From NCBI GenBank assembly GCA_963745035.1, contig CAVUVW010000011.1, forward strand, positions 96,001 through 160,000: a stretch of DNA of 64,000 nt, given 5' to 3'. The stretch is from an uncultured delta proteobacterium (GTDB taxonomy: Bacteria; Desulfobacterota; Binatia; UBA9968). The notes beneath the pieces are model-generated. The model saw only the letters and a program-made list of their open reading frames with translations, was not told the DNA's origin and did not search any database. Numbering within the stretch: the first letter of the stretch is position 1; each line of letters begins with the position of its first letter. Both the position numbers and the translations under genes were made by a program. Below are positions 1 through 11,594 of the stretch, piece by piece.

Positions 1-236
1 AACGCGACGATATCCAGCGCCATTTGCTCGATCGTATAAACTTGCTGCTCCGCTACCGATCGGCCGCACCCGCGCGGATCATGAAAAACGATGTTCAAAG
101 AATTCGCCAGCGGCATCTGAGACGGCTTCCAGACTTCGCCGGAATAGGCGGTCGAAGGAACGAAAATTAGAGGTTCACCGCTGCCGTGAGTTTCGTAATA
201 AAGATCGACGCCGGTCGGTAGTTTGATATTGGGCAT
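1..236 (-). CDS. alpha/beta hydrolase, N-terminal part (runs off window)
   Basis: Manual translation MPNIKLPTGVDLYYETHGSGEPLIFVP...HDPRGCGRS, a typical abhydrolase start. Confidence 0.8.
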   Translation of the reverse strand, partial: MPNIKLPTGVDLYYETHGSGEPLIFVPSTAYSGEVWKPSQMPLANSLNIVFHDPRGCGRSVAEQQVYTIEQMALDIVA

Positions 237-308
237 AGATCAACGCCTCATGTTCGGAATCAGAGATTCTGGAGAAAGATTCTCCCGGAGTTTATCCTGA
301 GCCTTGCC

Positions 309-385
309 GAAGGAATCGAAATGACACGCGAGTGCTTGTTTTCGCTTTGTCCCATTGTGTCATCTCGAATGAAATGAGAGATCTT
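309..385. repeat. REP-like intergenic inverted repeat (GAAATGACA...TGTCATCTCGAA family)
   Basis: Similar to the copies at 2597-2666 and 25027-25097. Confidence 0.5.
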
Positions 386-397
386 TCCGATAACTGC

Positions 398-1381
398 TTA
401 CTTCGGAAGCCCCGCTTTATAGAAGCCTTCCTTTTCCAACTGACTGACAAAGCGCGTGTCAAGAAAATCTTCCGGTTTTGCCGTCTTGGCTTTTGGTTCA
501 GTCGGCAACAATTCGGCAATGATCGTCTCCATTCCCTTCCGCGTAACGTACGGGACGTTCTCGATGTAGGCGCGGGCCTCGCCGTAAGTCGCTTCGAGAA
601 TGTCCGGATCTTTGATGCGCGCATACTTTTGGATCGCCCGGATGCCGGCCGCCTTGTTGGCTTTGAGAAACAAAACTCCTTCGCTATAACCGCGAACGAA
701 CCGCCGGGTCATCTCTTCGTTGGCTTTGATGAATGACCGCGTCGAGCCGATCGCCACTGAAACATAGTCCGGCCCGTCTTTGCTGAGGTCGATCAATTCG
801 CTGAGCCCCGCTTTGCGCGCCCGGAAGTTAGTCGGCGGCGACAGCGCACCCGCATCGATCTGCCCGGCGGCGATCGCCGTAAAGATATTGGGCACGTCGA
901 CCAACTGGAGCATTTGATACTCTTCCGGCTTGAGTCCGAACTTGTTCGCCACCCAGAGCGTCACGCTGTGGGTCGACGAGCCGATACGGGTGATGCCGAT
1001 CTTCTTGCCCCGAAGCTCGTTAAAGCTTTTGATTTCCGGCCGCGCCATAAAAGAGAACACCAAGCGGTTGGCGACGCCGGCGACGATGACGACATCCGCG
1101 CCCTTCAGTGCCGCAGTCACCGAGTTGCGTCCGTCCATGTAGGAGTAATTGAGCTCGCCGGCGAGCATCACCTGGATCGCCCGCGAGGTGGAAGGAATGT
1201 GGACCAGCTCAACTTCCAAACCGTTTTTTCGAAAGAGACCTTCTTCCTGGGCGACCCAAGTCCCGCTCATGTTGCTGGCAAATGAGGTCCACGCGACCCG
1301 CGCCTTCATCTGCGCCCAGGCGTGTGTTGCGCATAAGCTCATTAACACTATGACGGTGATCGGAAGGATTCTGCTCTTCAT
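398..1381 (-). CDS. ABC transporter substrate-binding protein, SsuA/THI5/NMT1 family
   Basis: 327 aa ORF with signal peptide and WVAQEEGLFRKNGLEVE / LRGKKIGITRIGS motifs. Confidence 0.9.
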   Translation of the reverse strand: MKSRILPITVIVLMSLCATHAWAQMKARVAWTSFASNMSGTWVAQEEGLFRKNGLEVELVHIPSTSRAIQVMLAGELNYSYMDGRNSVTAALKGADVVIVAGVANRLVFSFMARPEIKSFNELRGKKIGITRIGSSTHSVTLWVANKFGLKPEEYQMLQLVDVPNIFTAIAAGQIDAGALSPPTNFRARKAGLSELIDLSKDGPDYVSVAIGSTRSFIKANEEMTRRFVRGYSEGVLFLKANKAAGIRAIQKYARIKDPDILEATYGEARAYIENVPYVTRKGMETIIAELLPTEPKAKTAKPEDFLDTRFVSQLEKEGFYKAGLPK

Positions 1382-1548
1382 TCCTGTCTCGATTGTTGAA
1401 TTGTCTGTCTACGGAGCTGGCCGCTCAATATCACAGTTTTTACGGCAGAGTCGAGAACAGCACGCGGCCGCTTGCGTGATGGCCGAACCCTGTCATAGAG
1501 TCGCCCGTCGAGAATCCGGCCCGGCCGTTCGCATTGGGAGGATAGATT

Positions 1549-2529
1549 ATGAAGCGCAAGTCGCTGTTGGCGATATTGTTCTCAATCCTTTGCGCGTCCC
1601 CCGCATTTGCCGCCGATCGGTTGCGCATTGCTTACAGCTCGATCAGCGCCGCTTACGCCGGCATCTGGGTCGCTCACGACGCAGGCTTATTCGCCAAAGA
1701 AGGATTGGAAGACCAGATCATCTTTATTGCCAGCGCCACGCAGCTTGCCCAGGTGCTGGTCGCCGGAGATGTCGATATCGCGTCCCTCGGCGGCGGTCCG
1801 GTGATGGCCGCTTCGTTGAGCGGCGCGGAACTCAAAGTCATCGGCAACAACGTCAACAAGCTCATCTTCTCGATCCATGCCAAACCCGAGATCAAGAGCC
1901 TCGAAGAGCTGCGCGGCAAACGCATCGCGGTCAGCCGCTTCGGCTCGAGCGCCGACATCGCCGCGCGCACGGCGCTGAGAAAATACAAGATGGATGCCGC
2001 GAAGGACGTGAATCTCATGCAGTTGGGCACCATGTCGAACATGTTCGGCGCACTCAAGTCCGGCGCCGTGGAGGCTTCCGTGGTATCGCCGCCTACGCAG
2101 TTTCTCTCCGAGAAGATGGGCTTTAAAGAGATCGTCAACATCACGGAAATGGATCTCGCCTATCCGAACCCCTCCATGGCGGTGTCCGGAGACTTGATTC
2201 GTAAGAAGCCCGACTTGATCGACCGATTCATGCGCGCTTATGTCCGCGCTATGCATCGCGCGAAAACAGATAGAGAATTCACGATCAAGACTCTGGCGAA
2301 ATATACCACGATCACGGATACGGCGATTTTGGCCAAAGCCTATGATTTTTACATGGGCAAGGTTCTGGAACCCGCTCCTTATATCAACATGCAAGGCATG
2401 CAGAACGCTCTCGATGATGTGGCGCGAACCGTTCCCGCCGCGAAGAACGCCAAGCCCGAGCAATTCGTCGACCTGCGATTTCTAGACCGGTTGGAAAAAA
2501 GCGGTTTATTGAAGGAACTGTACAGGTAG
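1549..2529 (+). CDS. ABC transporter substrate-binding protein, SsuA/THI5/NMT1 family
   Basis: 326 aa ORF with signal peptide, GLFAKEGLE and LRGKRIAVSRFGS. Confidence 0.9.
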   Translation: MKRKSLLAILFSILCASPAFAADRLRIAYSSISAAYAGIWVAHDAGLFAKEGLEDQIIFIASATQLAQVLVAGDVDIASLGGGPVMAASLSGAELKVIGNNVNKLIFSIHAKPEIKSLEELRGKRIAVSRFGSSADIAARTALRKYKMDAAKDVNLMQLGTMSNMFGALKSGAVEASVVSPPTQFLSEKMGFKEIVNITEMDLAYPNPSMAVSGDLIRKKPDLIDRFMRAYVRAMHRAKTDREFTIKTLAKYTTITDTAILAKAYDFYMGKVLEPAPYINMQGMQNALDDVARTVPAAKNAKPEQFVDLRFLDRLEKSGLLKELYR

Positions 2530-2596
2530 GGACAGTTCACCACGAAGTGAGTCATGGGCTTACGCCCCCCGGCAGATGATGAAAACGCGTGGGGAA

Positions 2597-2666
2597 AGAT
2601 TCCTCACATCTGTTCGGAATGACAACAAAAGCGGCCGCCTGTCATTTGGAACGAAGTGAGGAATCT
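2597..2666. repeat. REP-like palindromic intergenic repeat
   Basis: AGATTCCTCAC...GGAATGACA...TGTCATTTGGAA...GTGAGGAATCT inverted repeat between convergent genes. Confidence 0.7.
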
Positions 2667-2804
2667 TTCTCTACCTACATTTTTCGAAGCAGCACACGAA
2701 GTTCACGAAGGCTCGTTCTCTTTTTATGCCTTCCCCCTCGACGGGGGACGGCTAGGATAGGGGTGATCTTTCGCGAGACCCGAAACTCGAGACTCGAGAC
2801 CGAT

Positions 2805-3803
2805 TTAATTCGGCAGCCAGCAAACCGCCGCGATCTCGCTCAGCTCTCTTCTCAGTTTCGTCCATGAAGCCCCGGCATCGTCGCTGCGATAGAGATAGCC
2901 GTACCGGCTTGCCGCGAACATGACATTCGGATCATCCGAATTGGTGCCGAACGTCCACATCGTCGAGTTCGGCTCGACCGGCAGCGGCAGCAGTCTCCAA
3001 CTCCGGCAGAAGTCCTCGCTCTGCGCGATTGCGCCCGAAGTTCCCGGCGTAAAGTCACCGAAGCTGAGAAAGATTCTCTTCGAGTTGGCCGGATCCACCG
3101 CGATACCGCGCAGATAATTTTCTTTTCGCGGGTACTCCCAGGGCAAACACTTTTGCATGTCGCGCGGCTCCCAGCTCTGGCCGTTATCAGTGCTCGCATA
3201 AATCTCGCGATTGGCCATGATGAAAACTGTTTTCGGCGGTCCAGCCGTCACGGCAACGTTGTGGATGTCGCGGCGACCCGTCACGTCCACAATTTCCCAG
3301 GTATCGCCGCCATCGCTGCTGTGACGCGCGCCGTCCACCTCGAGTCCGGCCCAGACATGATTAGGCTCAATCGGATCGACGGCAATGCCGGTAAATCGTG
3401 GCGTGCCGACCGCCTCGCATTCCGTGGCCACTTCCACCGGCCGCTTGTCCCAACTCCGGCCGCTGTCCTTGGAACGAAACAGCATCGCCGGCGTCGGCGT
3501 GCCGGTGCCGACGAACATATTGTCCGGATTCGCCGGATCGATGCCGATTGTCCAGATATAATGAGGATTGAGCGCCGAGTCGAGATACTTCCAGTTCGCT
3601 CCCGCATCCTCGCTGCGATAGAGACCTCTTTCCGTGCCCGCAAAAAGAATATTGTGCTGCTTTGGATGCATTGCGATGCAGCGCACGGAGGCTTCATACG
3701 CAAAGCCGCGCCGCGGACCGATGCGCGCCCAGGTCTGACCGTTGTCTTCGCTGCGCATAATGCTCTGGCCGATCGTGCCGACAACAATCGTTACATCTTT
3801 CAT
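2805..3803 (-). CDS. BNR/Asp-box repeat beta-propeller protein
   Basis: 332 aa with multiple SxDxGxTW Asp-box motifs. Confidence 0.85.
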   Translation of the reverse strand: MKDVTIVVGTIGQSIMRSEDNGQTWARIGPRRGFAYEASVRCIAMHPKQHNILFAGTERGLYRSEDAGANWKYLDSALNPHYIWTIGIDPANPDNMFVGTGTPTPAMLFRSKDSGRSWDKRPVEVATECEAVGTPRFTGIAVDPIEPNHVWAGLEVDGARHSSDGGDTWEIVDVTGRRDIHNVAVTAGPPKTVFIMANREIYASTDNGQSWEPRDMQKCLPWEYPRKENYLRGIAVDPANSKRIFLSFGDFTPGTSGAIAQSEDFCRSWRLLPLPVEPNSTMWTFGTNSDDPNVMFAASRYGYLYRSDDAGASWTKLRRELSEIAAVCWLPN

Positions 3804-3876
3804 GGCTCCCTCCGACGGTTTGAACGTTTTGGCCGTTTAACGTGCTCGAATCTTACTCACGCCTCACGCCTAACGC

Positions 3877-4858
3877 CTAAATGTTGACCCGATGCATATC
3901 CCGGCTGCGCGGCCCCGCCACGGCTTCCGGCCGCAAGATCGCATCGAGGCGGGCCAAATCTTCCTTGCGACAACTTGATCTCCGCCGCCTTGATATTTTC
4001 TTCGAGGTGAGAGCGCGTCTTGTTGCTGGGTATCGGAATAACGTCGTTCCCCTGCGCCATCAACCAGGCGAGAGTCAACTGCGCCGGCGTGACGCCTTTT
4101 TCTTTCGCCACCGCCTCGAACTCAGCGAGCATTTTTAGGTTTCGTTCGAGGTTGCCGGGTTGGAAGCGCGGATGATTGTTCCGCCCATCGCCCTCGCTCA
4201 TATCGTTCTGCCCATGCACCACGCCGGCAAAAAATCCGCGCCCCAGCGGCGAATAGGCCATGAAGCCCATGTTGAATTCCCGGCACGCCTGGATGTTGCC
4301 GCCTTCCGGGTCGCGTGACCATGGCGAATACTCCATCTGCAAGGACGCGATCGGATGAACCTTGCGCGCGCGGCGGATCGAGTTCGCGCTGGCTTCCGAG
4401 AGGCCGATGTACCGAGTGAGGCCGCGCTCGACCAACCGCGCCATGGCGCCGACTGACTCTTCCACCGGGATATCGGGATCGACGCGCGACATGCAAAACA
4501 CGTCGAGGGCGTCTACACCGAGCCGCTTCACGCTCTGCTCGCAGTTTTGGGTTAAATATTCCGGCGTACTGCCGCTGCGATTGCCGCTCGCGTCCGGCGC
4601 CCGCGGGCTGCCGGACTTGGAGTGAATCACGATGCGCTCGCGCCGCCCTCTCAGCGCCTTGTTGATCAGCTCATGATTATGCCCGCTGCCGTAGCTCGCC
4701 GAAGTGTCGATGAAGTTGATGCCGAGATCGAAGGCGCGGTGCAAAGTCGCGATCGACTCATTGTCGTCCGCCGGCCCGTACGCTCCCGACATGCTCATGC
4801 AGCCGAGCGCTAAATGGGAAACTTTAAATTCCGTCGTGCCGAACTGAACGTATTCCAT
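3877..4858 (-). CDS. aldo/keto reductase (frameshift near the C-terminus)
   Basis: LALGCMSMSGAYG, DTSASYG, SLQMEYSPW. The likely true C-terminus MHRVNI* lies in another frame. Confidence 0.85.
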
Positions 4859-5058
4859 CTTACCTCCGTTATGTTTTCGACAGTTACTCCAGTTGCGCGA
4901 ACCAAGTCAACCTCAGCGGCAGGCCAGTTCTCGATCGGCACCACGCCCTTCTTTTTTCTGCAGCGAGTCAAATGAAGGCACACCTCAAGCAATATGATTC
5001 CTTTGAACGAACGCTCGTGAATGAATTCTCCTCTTTGAAGAAGAGGGGCAGGGGAGAT

Positions 5059-6138
5059 TTAGAACGTTCTGACTATCGGCATGACTGCCTCTGCGAAGAG
5101 CCGCATCGAATTCAGCGCCGCGTCCTGCGGGAGAGTGCCCGAGGCGATGTTCAGCATGAGCTGCTCGGGATGCAACGCCGCCATGTAAAATCTGATCTTC
5201 TCGATGCAGTCCTCCGGTGTGCCCCAGACTGCCATGATATCGGTCCCTTCCTTTAATACGGCTTGCCGCGCCTTTTCCGGCGTGGATAATTTTTCGAACG
5301 CCATTCGCGACGCGCTCTTGGTCGCATAGGCTTCTTTCACTCCGCTCAGGTTCGGCCGGCTCTGGCTCGAGCGCAAGAACACGTCGGCCTGGGTGGCTAG
5401 GGCGAGCGCGCCGTTCTCGATCGCTTCTTCGCGATCGCGCGCCACGTGCAGATGAATCCCTAGAACCACCTCGCCGCTGATGCCGGATGGAAGATTTTGT
5501 CGATACGTGTCGGTCAGCCCGCGCACCAAGTCGAAAGGAATTCCCAGGTAGCCTGGCTGCACGAGCCCATGGCCGATCCTACCGGCAAAAATCGCGCTGT
5601 CAGGAGTCGTCGCCGCGGCAGTGTAAATCGGCGGATGCGGCTGCTGCGCCGGCGTGGGGCTGAGTTTGAAATCTTTGATTTGCCAGAATTTACCGTCGAG
5701 CTGTTCGATGTAATCGCCTTTGAAAATCTCGACGAGCATGCGGATGCTTTCCTCGAACCGCGCCGTGCTTTCGCCGGGATTGACGCCTATTCGATTCAAC
5801 ACCCACGGATGCCCGCGGCCGATGCCCACCATGATCCGTCCATTGGTGAGCAGATCAGCGGCGGCGATCTCGCTCGCCAGTATCGCTGGATGATGCGCCG
5901 GCGCGCTGATAATTCCGGTCAGAAAGCGAATGCGCTCGGCGCGCTGCGCCGCCGCGACGTAAAGACCTAACGGAAAGGGCGAGCAAGAGAACAAATCCTT
6001 GCCGTAGCTCTCCGTCGTCGAGAAAAAGTCGAAACCCAATTCGTCGGCAACGGCGATTTGCTCCAGCACTTCCGCGTACGTCTGCTGCTCCGACTTTTCA
6101 GGATACGAAAACTCTGTGAATAATCCGACTTTCATCAC
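5059..6138 (-). CDS. LLM-class flavin-dependent oxidoreductase
   Basis: 359 aa; ADELGFD, GRIMVGIGRG, PAQQPHPPIY. Confidence 0.9.
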   Translation of the reverse strand: MMKVGLFTEFSYPEKSEQQTYAEVLEQIAVADELGFDFFSTTESYGKDLFSCSPFPLGLYVAAAQRAERIRFLTGIISAPAHHPAILASEIAAADLLTNGRIMVGIGRGHPWVLNRIGVNPGESTARFEESIRMLVEIFKGDYIEQLDGKFWQIKDFKLSPTPAQQPHPPIYTAAATTPDSAIFAGRIGHGLVQPGYLGIPFDLVRGLTDTYRQNLPSGISGEVVLGIHLHVARDREEAIENGALALATQADVFLRSSQSRPNLSGVKEAYATKSASRMAFEKLSTPEKARQAVLKEGTDIMAVWGTPEDCIEKIRFYMAALHPEQLMLNIASGTLPQDAALNSMRLFAEAVMPIVRTF

Positions 6139-6165
6139 GTTCCAACTTAATTTTTGAACTGACTT

Positions 6166-7115
6166 CTAATCGCCGATCACCATCGTCGTCCCGACACTGT
6201 TGGGAATGAATGCCGCAGGAAATTCGCTGGGCGATCAGATGCGTCGCTTTCCAACCGGTGCAGTGCTGCGGCACGATCACCCTCGGACTGAATTGCTGAA
6301 GCGCCTGAATGGTCGGTGCGATGATCGACTCGAATGTCGGACCGGTCAGATGAAAGCCGCCGATCACGGCATGAATTTGATCGACCCCGGTAAGCTCGCG
6401 CGCGCACTTCAAGGTGTTGACCACACCCGCGTGGCCGCAGCCGGTGAGCACGACCAGTCCTTTGTTCTTGACGTTCAAAACGATCGCCTGATCGTCGTGA
6501 ATCCAGGGATCGGGCTGCCACTTGCCGTCGATCCAAGCGACCTGCGCCGGGCTGCCTTTTTCGAAGGGCGTCGTGCGCGGGATTTGGCCGGTCACCAGCG
6601 CGCGCCCGCCGATGACCATGGTCGGGACCGCGCTCCTCTATGATTTCGACGTCTTCCGCTTCGAGATCGCGCTTGCTCGGCGGAATGTGTTCCGACTCGT
6701 GCCCATCGGGCTGCACGTTTTTGCGCTTGAGATAGGCGTCGGGATGGAGCACGATCGGGACTCTGGGCCGGCCGTAGCGTTTGATGAAACCGATCAATCC
6801 GCGCGTGTGATCCGTGTGGCCGTGACTCAAAACCACCGCGTGCAATTCGTTGCCTTTGATTTCAAGCACATCCATGTTGTGCAGCACGCCGTCGAGAGTC
6901 ACGCCCGTGTCGAACAAGAAGGAATCCTTGTTGCCGCCCTCATAGGTTGTCACCAGCATCGAGACACCGTGCTCGGCGCGTAGCTGCGGTTTGGCGAGCG
7001 CGTCGCGCTCGCGCTTGGCTCGTTTTGCGACCGCGGTGCTGCCCATCAAAACGTCAATGGAATTATCCATGACACTGAGTATCTCGACGCGATCAACACT
7101 CTTCAGCGCAATCAA
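6166..7115 (-). CDS. MBL-fold metallo-hydrolase (frameshifted)
   Basis: AEHGVS, LSHGHTDH, LTGCGHAG and IGGFHL split over ORFs 6177-7115 and 6098-6619. Confidence 0.85.
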
Positions 7116-7124
7116 AGCAAACTC

Positions 7125-7924
7125 CTATTTGACCTCGTGAGCGACCGGCTTCTTCAACATCCAGTTGACGATCTGCTCGACGGTGTCCGACTCCTTCCCC
7201 AGAAAGCCATGCTGGCTGAAAGCATCGCACGGCCCGGACTGCGGCGAAGGTCCGCCGAAAACCGTAATCAAGGGAAATTTATCGGCCAGGCGCGCCGCCT
7301 CTGCGTACGGCGTCGATTCGCACTGGTCGCTCACATGATGGACGAAAAGCAGCGGCGCCTTGATCGTCGCGAAATCGAATTTGCTGAGGCCTGGTCCTGG
7401 CTCTTTCGAATTTTTCGGGCTCCGCCGAAACATTGTCGCGGTGAGGACCGCCCCGGCAATTTCTCCCTCGGCAAAGCCCGCGCCGAGGGCGGCGGCGGAA
7501 ATACTGCCGCGGCTGGTGCCGACAAAAACAGCGGCACCCCGGCAACTCTCTTCCGAAGATCACGAACAACGGCCGAGATGTCGGTAAAGTGATCGGTACC
7601 CAGGCGAAACTCGTCGCCCATGCCCCAGCCGCCTTGCTGGTCCGACGGCGCGTCTAAAATGGCGGCAACGACACCGCGCTTGATGAACTCAGACCGGCTC
7701 CGCACAAGAAAATTGCCCTGATTGAATCTGGGCTTGCCATTTTCGTTCCGTAGGTGGATCAGACCGCCGGAGCCGGGAAACAGCAGCGCCACCGCCTGGA
7801 GATTTTTCGGGATGCTCGTCAGAAAATAGGATTGCGTCACGCCGGCTCGCGTCGGCAGCGTGACGATCTCCTGCTGCGCGAGCCCTGTAGCGGCGTCATG
7901 CAGCAGCCACAACAGCGCGAGCAC
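7125..7924 (-). CDS. exported alpha/beta hydrolase (frameshifted)
   Basis: LLFPGSGG, GNFLVRSR, GTSRGS nucleophile motif after the shift; ORFs 7331-7924 and 7125-7433. Confidence 0.75.
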
Positions 7925-7980
7925 CAGCGATGTCTTTGCCGCAACCAGGATCCTTTTGAGACAATTCAGATGAATCTCTG

Positions 7981-8889
7981 TTATTTCTTCACCGACCTGT
8001 AAGCCGCGTCGATATTGGCTTCCAGGCGATTCTGGTCATGCCAGTCGGCGTACTCCGGCATCTTCAGTTCCTTTTTGATCTCGGCGAGAGACTTGCCCTG
8101 GGCCGCCATTGCGCCCACGCGCTTGAGGAGCAGCGTGTAGAAGCCCTCGTATTCGTCGAAGACTTTCGTCGTCGTCGGAGGGCCGTGGCCGGTAATCACA
8201 ATTTCTGGATTCAATGACTTCATCAACTTGTAGCTCGCGAGCACGTCGGGAATCACGACCGAAGGACGAAGATTGAGGAACCTTCTTACATTGGCCGCCG
8301 ATGACGCGAAAAGGACGCGCTCCTTGGGCAGCCAGATCGCCGTATCGGCGTCACTGTGAACGTTTTTCAGATAGATGAGTTCGAAAGTCCGCTCGCCGAG
8401 GTTGATTGTCATACGATCTTTATACTCGATATGCGGCGCGATCATCTTTTCTCCTTTCAGCGCGTCGCGCATTTCGGGAGATTTCGCCGCAAGGGTCGCG
8501 GCGCGCTTCGGACTGTATTCCTTTTTCATGCCAGCCCCGGCTCCCAGGTGATTGATGACCGTTGCCGGCGGCGAGAATATAAAATGATTGGCCGTATGAT
8601 CGCCGTGCGTCTCCGTGTCGATCAGAAACACAATAGGCTTGTCGGTAACTTTCTTTATCGCCGCCGCCATATTGCGGGAATCCACGGGGCTGTTGCAGCT
8701 ATCGATCATGACGACGCCTTCCTGAGTAACTATGAAGGCACAGGTTGTCGTGGTCGCGTCGGGTGCAAAAACGTAGATGCCGTCCTTGACCTTCGAAAAA
8801 CCGGGACCAAGCTCCGGTGCCTGCGCGACATGTCCCGCGCACGAGAGCGCGATAAGCGGCACAATGAACAAACCGAATTTGATTTTCAT
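7981..8889 (-). CDS. MBL-fold metallo-hydrolase (cyclase-like), exported
   Basis: THGDHT, HSDAD and TGHG motifs; signal peptide. Confidence 0.85.
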   Translation of the reverse strand: MKIKFGLFIVPLIALSCAGHVAQAPELGPGFSKVKDGIYVFAPDATTTTCAFIVTQEGVVMIDSCNSPVDSRNMAAAIKKVTDKPIVFLIDTETHGDHTANHFIFSPPATVINHLGAGAGMKKEYSPKRAATLAAKSPEMRDALKGEKMIAPHIEYKDRMTINLGERTFELIYLKNVHSDADTAIWLPKERVLFASSAANVRRFLNLRPSVVIPDVLASYKLMKSLNPEIVITGHGPPTTTKVFDEYEGFYTLLLKRVGAMAAQGKSLAEIKKELKMPEYADWHDQNRLEANIDAAYRSVKK

Positions 8890-9078
8890 GGTCGCCTCCT
8901 TCAACGATACACTCGGACGGAGGGAAAGTAGTTTAATCACGGGTACGCCGTCAAGGGATTTATCACTACGGTGACAAGATGCCGAACCATTGACCAGCCT
9001 GATCGGTTTGTACTAAGAGGGCGTTGCGGAGATTGCATGGCCGAACTCGTTCGCTCGCAGAAACTTGGGAGGACAACC

Positions 9079-10107
9079 ATGAAGACACTGGCGTTGGCGG
9101 TCTCTTTCTTCCTTCTTGAGATTTTTGCCGTACAGGCTCAGACGCCATACTTTCAAGGAAAGACGATTCGAATCGTGACCGGCTATCCCGCCGGCGACGT
9201 GAACGATCTCTGGCCGCGGCTCATCGCCCAGCACATGACGAAGTATATTCCCGGCAACCCGACTTTCATCATCCAAAATATGCCGGGAGCCAGCTCGATG
9301 ATCGCCGCGAATTATGTGGCTACCGTCGCCAAGCCGGACGCCTTGACTCTCGGATGGATCGCTCCGACTCTCTATTTCGATCAGATCGTCGGACGCAAAG
9401 AGGTGCAATACGATTGGGGAAAGTACAGCTTTATCGGCTCGCCGTCGGAGAGCGAACACCAGCTTTATATGCGCACCGACAGCCCGTACAAAACCATCGA
9501 AGACATTCGCAAGGCAAGCGAGCCGCCCAAATGCGGCTCCGGCGGCGCCACCGGAACCGGCTTCTACTTTCCCAAGCTGCTGGAAGAAACGGTCGGGGCC
9601 AAGTTCAACATCGTGCTCGGTTATCAGGGCGGCGGCCCCATCGACCTTGCCGTCGAAAAGGGCGAGATCCACTGCCGCGCGATGACCATCGAGTCATTCT
9701 TCGCGCGCGAGCCGTTTCATACCTGGCGCAAGACCAACTTTGTCAAAAGCATCGTCCAATCGGCGCGCAAGCGCGACGCGCGTTTGCCGGACACGCCGAC
9801 GATCTACGAGCTCATGGATCAATACAAAACCGGAGAGCAGTCACGGAGGGTTGCCACCGTGATTCTCGCCGGCGGCGTCTTCGGCCGTCCGATGGTCGGA
9901 CCCGCTGGCATCGCTCCCGATCGGTTAAAAATCCTTCGCAGCGCTTTCGCCAGTGCGCTCAAAGATCCGGAGCTGAAGGCGGAAGCGGAGAAAAGAAACT
10001 ACGAAGTCGGACCGGTGGCGGGCGAAGAAATGGAAAAACTCGCCAAAGAAGTGATGGCGCAGCCGCCCGCGGTTATCGAGAGGATGAAAAAAATATTGGG
10101 CAACTAA
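9079..10107 (+). CDS. tripartite tricarboxylate transporter substrate-binding protein (TctC/Bug)
   Basis: GKTIRIVTGYPAG, QNMPGA, KPDALT. Confidence 0.9.
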   Translation: MKTLALAVSFFLLEIFAVQAQTPYFQGKTIRIVTGYPAGDVNDLWPRLIAQHMTKYIPGNPTFIIQNMPGASSMIAANYVATVAKPDALTLGWIAPTLYFDQIVGRKEVQYDWGKYSFIGSPSESEHQLYMRTDSPYKTIEDIRKASEPPKCGSGGATGTGFYFPKLLEETVGAKFNIVLGYQGGGPIDLAVEKGEIHCRAMTIESFFAREPFHTWRKTNFVKSIVQSARKRDARLPDTPTIYELMDQYKTGEQSRRVATVILAGGVFGRPMVGPAGIAPDRLKILRSAFASALKDPELKAEAEKRNYEVGPVAGEEMEKLAKEVMAQPPAVIERMKKILGN

Positions 10108-10331
10108 TCAGTTTCCAGAACTAGATCGATGATTCAGCGCCGGCTTCATTGCTTAGCGCAGCACTCATCATTAGCTCAGTAAAAACTTCGGTCGCTCTCG
10201 TCCGTCATTCCGCCCGAGCCGGAATCCAGATTGGCCGGTAGGGCGCCGTGCTCCTCACTGACAGTTTTAGGTGTAGCCCAACGAATCCGTTCTTCCGCAA
10301 AACGGAACGACTACCTACGCCTGGGTTGCGC

Positions 10332-11519
10332 CTAGACGTCTTTCACGATGAGTTTCAGCTCGCGCTTGCCGAGGCGGCGGGCGCCGGTCTCGGTAACCGT
10401 GACCGTGTCGCCGATGCTGCCGCGTCCTTTTCCTTCCTTGGGCCGGACTTGCGGCTTGAGAATGAATGTCATGCCGGTTTTGAGCTCGATTTTTGAGAAC
10501 CGCTCAAGATCTTTGTCGCCCAGCAACGCCGGGCCATCGTCGCCCAACCCGCGCGCGTGCATCACCGGGTGGCTCCACAGATATTGTCCTTGCCCCTGGC
10601 GCTCGACGGTGTCGCGATAGATGTCGAAGAGCCAGCCGAAAGTCACGCCGGGTTTCATATTGTGGAGGATGGCATCGAAACAGGCGCGGGAGATATGAAT
10701 CAATTTTTGATACTCATCATCCGCCGCGCCGATCACCACCGGGCTCACCGCCTGCGCCGCGTAGCCGGCGTATTTGGCTTCGATCTCGTTGATCAGCCGG
10801 TCGCCTTTTTGAATCCGGTAGTCGGTCGGAACGAATGAGCTGTTGGTGAGTCCCGGCCCGGCGCTCAAGAAAAACAAAGTCGGCAGCTCGCCGCCGTTGG
10901 CGAGCATGGCGTGCACCATCGCGCCGTAAAGTTCCTTCTCGCTCACGCCGGGATTGGCGTTTTCGATCATCGCCGCGATGGTCTTTTCGACGATCTCCGC
11001 CGAGCGTTCGAGCATGGACACTTCCTCGGCGCTTTTCACCGCGCGAATCTCCTGCATCATTTCCGTGGCGTTGACAAACTGGGCTTGCGGAAACGCGTCC
11101 TGAATCGCTTTCACCGACGAGTAAGGGATGATCCCTTCGGGCGCGCGAAACAGGCCCGCCAGTCCGGAAATGCCGATGGTGCCTTTCTGCAAGCCTAGCT
11201 CGGTGATCCGCTCGATGGCGTTTTGTCCCCAGCGGTTGCGCCCGTCGCGCACGTCGCTGACCCATTTCTGCGCTCTCTCCCACCATGCCGCGCGGTTGAA
11301 GATATACGCCGTCACATCGCCTTCGCGCGGAAACACGGTGAAAACTTCGGTGGCGAAACCACCGATGGTCGTCAGATAGCGCGAATCCCCTTGGAGTTGT
11401 TCCCAGCGGCCGGTGTTCGCCGGCAAAAGCAAAACATCGATGCCGCGCTCAGCCATCGCCGCTCGTACGAGCCGGTAGCGCCGGTCGCGTTCCTGAATAG
11501 ACAACTGTGGAATCATCAT
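10332..11519 (-). CDS. M24 family (Xaa-Pro peptidase/creatinase-like) protein
   Basis: IRAVKSAEE, HARGLG, IGDTVTVTETG. Confidence 0.85.
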   Translation of the reverse strand: MMIPQLSIQERDRRYRLVRAAMAERGIDVLLLPANTGRWEQLQGDSRYLTTIGGFATEVFTVFPREGDVTAYIFNRAAWWERAQKWVSDVRDGRNRWGQNAIERITELGLQKGTIGISGLAGLFRAPEGIIPYSSVKAIQDAFPQAQFVNATEMMQEIRAVKSAEEVSMLERSAEIVEKTIAAMIENANPGVSEKELYGAMVHAMLANGGELPTLFFLSAGPGLTNSSFVPTDYRIQKGDRLINEIEAKYAGYAAQAVSPVVIGAADDEYQKLIHISRACFDAILHNMKPGVTFGWLFDIYRDTVERQGQGQYLWSHPVMHARGLGDDGPALLGDKDLERFSKIELKTGMTFILKPQVRPKEGKGRGSIGDTVTVTETGARRLGKRELKLIVKDV

Positions 11520-11594
11520 GGTCCCCTTCGCTCTGGGTTTTCCTACGATTTGAACTTTTTGAACGGCTTGAACGTTTTGAACGAATGTTGTTGC

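Noticed and set aside
1149-2463. Long overlapping or antisense ORFs (also 15547-16566, 19700-20734, 29380-30294, 56019-57023, 62818-63969)
   Set aside because: Shadow ORFs of real genes in high-GC DNA, with no motifs.
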